In this document: positions 48,732 to 51,896 of the stretch, piece by piece
Position numbering within the stretch: the first letter of the stretch is position 1
Layout: each line of letters begins with the position of its first letter
Assembly (NCBI GenBank): GCA_000697335.1
Contig: JNEM01011138.1
Coordinates: forward strand, 1 to 51,896
Origin: Conidiobolus incongruus B7586
Taxonomy: Eukaryota
DNA length: 51,896 nt
Direction of reading: 5' to 3'
Notes under the pieces: generated by a model
The model's database searches: none
The model's input: the letters and a program-made list of their open reading frames with translations, nothing else
Told to the model about the DNA's origin: nothing
Program-made: the position numbers and the translations under genes

Positions 48732-50480
48732 TCAATTAATTATTGAGTTAATTAATTTTAAATGTTGAGTAAAATCTAAGTACCATTTAAATAGTGTAAT
48801 TTTGATTACAGTATTCCAATAATGCAACCTTGCCAACCATACTGAAGCAAGTTTCTCAAAGAAAAGTTTGGAGGTTTCAATTGCGCGAGATTTTTCATCA
48901 TTAAATATGGTCCTTGCACAGTACCTTGCCATAATCATCAATTGAGACATTTGGGATTGATGTGCTCCCAAATCTTGGGCAGCTAGTCTGAGAAGATCTT
49001 GTGTTTTAAAGCAGAACAGTAATTCTCTTGGGATACTGGATAGAAGTATGGCAATGTCAGGAAGAAGGTAAAATAATGAGACACTAATCTGTCTACGTTC
49101 CTCATCAGTTTGAGGGATATCTAGAGTGCCTTTTTCAGCAATGGTGTCCCAACTTCTACCTGTCAAGATGCATGCAATGATTTGATACGCACTTTCACTT
49201 CCCCCAAGTTGGATACTATATTTTTTGATATCATCAGGTTTTTGGTTAATGATTGATGTCCATAGGCGGGCATATTGAATTCTAAATTCTGGAGTTAATG
49301 TCTGGTAAAGACCATGATCAAGTAGGACAATATCGAAGGGCATATTGGGACGATTAGGGTTGGCACGAATGAGCATATTGCCTGGGTGAGCATCACAATG
49401 AACCCAACCATCTCGATAGATCATTTGAGAGAAAATTCTAGTAATCTGATGAGCGACCTTGTCAGGATTAATTCCATGTTTCTTTAAATATTCGTGATTG
49501 TCGGTTTTAGCACCTTCAATAAATTCCATACAGAGAACTCTGCGGTGGGACCAGTATACTTCAGGAATTACTAGAGGAATATCAGGATATGGCTCAAAGT
49601 TTTTTTTAGTTTTCATTGCATTTTCCCCTTCACATCTGAAATCCAATTCAATAGGTAAATTAGTTGCCATCTCATGAGCTAACCAATCAAATTGAAAGCG
49701 AGGAGCCGCCCATTTAATAAATTTAACAATTAAAGTCACAGTTGAAATATCAAGTTTAGCGAAACGTTGCAATTCTGGATGTTGGATCTTTACAGCAACT
49801 TTCTTACCATTGCTCCTAAGTTTTCCAACGTGCACCTGCGCCAATGATGCTACTCCGATGGGCTCTGGGTTGAATTCGGAGAACAGATCATCAATTGATT
49901 TTCCCAAATCTAAATGGAACATATTGTCAATATCTTCTACATTGGTGTATGGACAGCGGTCATGAAGTGGCCTCATAGTTTCTGTCCACTCTGTTGGAAG
50001 ACAATATCCTAGAGCACTGATATGTTGACCAAATTTGATGTATACACCGCCGTTAAATTGAAAGACTTTAAGGACTCTTCGAGCATTTCTTAAATCAACA
50101 ACTGCACGTTGACGTTGAAGTAGTTTAAGCTCTTCGGGGGTGGCATTAGGAGGGTCTTCAGGTGGGTAAAAAAGCTTGTAATCTACTACAGCCACTATAC
50201 CATAAAATGCAGCGAGTGTACTGCGCATGATAGCAAGAGAATAGAATCTTATATCACTTCGATAGTGATAAGCACCATAACCTAAACCTGAAACTAAAGC
50301 CAAGTAGGCTAGACGCTCAGCTTTCCATTTTTGTTCTAAACTGGAGGAAAATGAGGAAGAAGAATTGCAGCGGTAATTTTGTTTGTTAAAATGGTGTTTT
50401 TGTATTCTATTGAAATTTGAAAATCTGAGATAATAATTTAATTTTAAGAGGCTTCTATTTAATTCTAGTAATTTTAACAT
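48732..50480 (-). CDS. Mitochondrial ABC1/UbiB-family atypical kinase (ADCK1/Mcp2-like), intronless
   Basis: GGVYIKFGQ (KxGQ), VASLAQVH, VAVKIQ, ELDFRCEG, HCDAHPGN and LLDHG motifs; Arg/Ser-rich presequence followed by one TM segment. Confidence 0.93.
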   Translation of the reverse strand: MLKLLELNRSLLKLNYYLRFSNFNRIQKHHFNKQNYRCNSSSSFSSSLEQKWKAERLAYLALVSGLGYGAYHYRSDIRFYSLAIMRSTLAAFYGIVAVVDYKLFYPPEDPPNATPEELKLLQRQRAVVDLRNARRVLKVFQFNGGVYIKFGQHISALGYCLPTEWTETMRPLHDRCPYTNVEDIDNMFHLDLGKSIDDLFSEFNPEPIGVASLAQVHVGKLRSNGKKVAVKIQHPELQRFAKLDISTVTLIVKFIKWAAPRFQFDWLAHEMATNLPIELDFRCEGENAMKTKKNFEPYPDIPLVIPEVYWSHRRVLCMEFIEGAKTDNHEYLKKHGINPDKVAHQITRIFSQMIYRDGWVHCDAHPGNMLIRANPNRPNMPFDIVLLDHGLYQTLTPEFRIQYARLWTSIINQKPDDIKKYSIQLGGSESAYQIIACILTGRSWDTIAEKGTLDIPQTDEERRQISVSLFYLLPDIAILLSSIPRELLFCFKTQDLLRLAAQDLGAHQSQMSQLMIMARYCARTIFNDEKSRAIETSKLFFEKLASVWLARLHYWNTVIKITLFKWYLDFTQHLKLINSIIN

Positions 50481-51896
50481 GGCAAAAATAGAGTATTATT
50501 TACAATATTAGGTTTGATTTTGATTGAAATTTTGTGATCAAAATTGACAAATTCAATTAATCTACTATAAATAGAATTAAAGAATTAAAGTAGATAAAAT
50601 AAGCAACTGAGAGTAATTAAATGGGTATGAATAAATATAATATATTATAAATTAAAAGAGAGGATGGTACTTTGTCTTCGTAGATCCTGTATGACCGTGA
50701 ATGATCATTTATTTCAATGTAACACCGTCAAACTTGGTTATGGGATAAACAAATGATTTAATGTTTGTAATGTGGATTGATATTTCAATAAAATCATGAT
50801 TCAATTTTCAGATTCTATTCGATAAATCGGATAGTAATAATAGATGATTACCCGTTATCATATATTGTACTATATAATTAACCAAGGTGATTTGGTATCA
50901 AAATTTTGAATATTATTTTTGGATTTAAAGGTTTATAATTTTCAAATCAAAGTTCAGATTACATTTTGAAACATCTTTTCCCTCCAATACATTACTACCA
51001 ATTTGAAAAATAATATATATTATTTGAAGCTCGATAAACATCTAAATGAACAAGCATTAAAAATCTCATAATCTATTATTTCACATTAAATATAACATTA
51101 AATTTATTTGACAATCCAAAATTTTTGAATTGTTATCTAAGATCTAATTCAAACATCAATCTTATCTTAAATTAAGCTTGCTGAATAAATATACATTATT
51201 TAAATATTGAGTACAATAATATAATATATCACATAATCCTTATTATTACCTTAAAACTGAAAAAATGAGAAATTTTTTAAATTTTTATTTTTCAAACATA
51301 TTAATAGTTTGAGAAAAAATTATATATAAAATAATTAAAAAAATAAATTAATTTTAAACTCTATATAAATAATGTATTTTTTTTTAAAAAATCATCTTTT
51401 AAAAATTTAATAGTCAATTTAATTTAATTTTATTTAAATTAAATAGTGATTATTAAAGGTCTTTTATTGTAATTTTAATAAAACATAACTATAAAATATT
51501 AAAAATTATTTATATTCTACAAATAAATATTAAAAGTAATGTTTTATTTAAATCAATTATATATTACTATATAAGGTATTATAAAATCAAAAAAAATATT
51601 CAAAATTTATAAATATTTAATAAATTAATTTTTGCAAATATTTTTTTTAATTATTAATATAATAATATATATACTATCTTAAATTTAAATTTATTAAAAG
51701 ATTAATTTTTTAAATTCTTATTTATATATATTTCTATATAATTCAATTAATTATATAAATAACATTAAATCATTTAATAAACTAAGTCCTTTTTTTTCTC
51801 TTAAGCTTTATTATTTATTATTTTTATACTATTCTTAAGATAAAAACAATATTTTATTAATATTATAATATAATAATATTATCTAATATAAATCTT

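Overview
AT-rich eukaryotic DNA with short GT-AG introns (about 40-70 nt) and fungal-type proteins. It looks like an early-diverging fungus, possibly Conidiobolus/Entomophthoromycotina (inferred from composition and gene style, not verified). Twelve intact protein genes were reconstructed by hand-splicing: a Kelch-repeat membrane protein, TGL4-like patatin lipase, mitoferrin (MRS3/4), ARG1, a 3-exon AcpS/PPT2 missing from the ORF track, a GDP-fucose-type nucleotide-sugar transporter, a BRCA2/Brh2 homologue, beta-COP, MAF1, MSS4, ALG3 and an ABC1/ADCK kinase. Non-coding elements include three solo-LTR-like elements, all at ATAT-type sites (two are diverged relatives sharing conserved hairpins), and a candidate free-standing H/ACA snoRNA. 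There is also a cluster of SreA/Fep1-type iron GATA boxes upstream of mitoferrin, a cluster of Gcn4/CpcA sites upstream of ARG1, and spliced uORFs on MAF1. Decayed sequence includes an intron-containing acyl-CoA synthetase pseudogene and several unidentifiable gene remnants. No clearly novel multi-gene system is evident. The best leads are the snoRNA, the ATAT-targeted LTR family, the iron and amino-acid regulons, and the FxPP-rich BRCA2 N-terminus.
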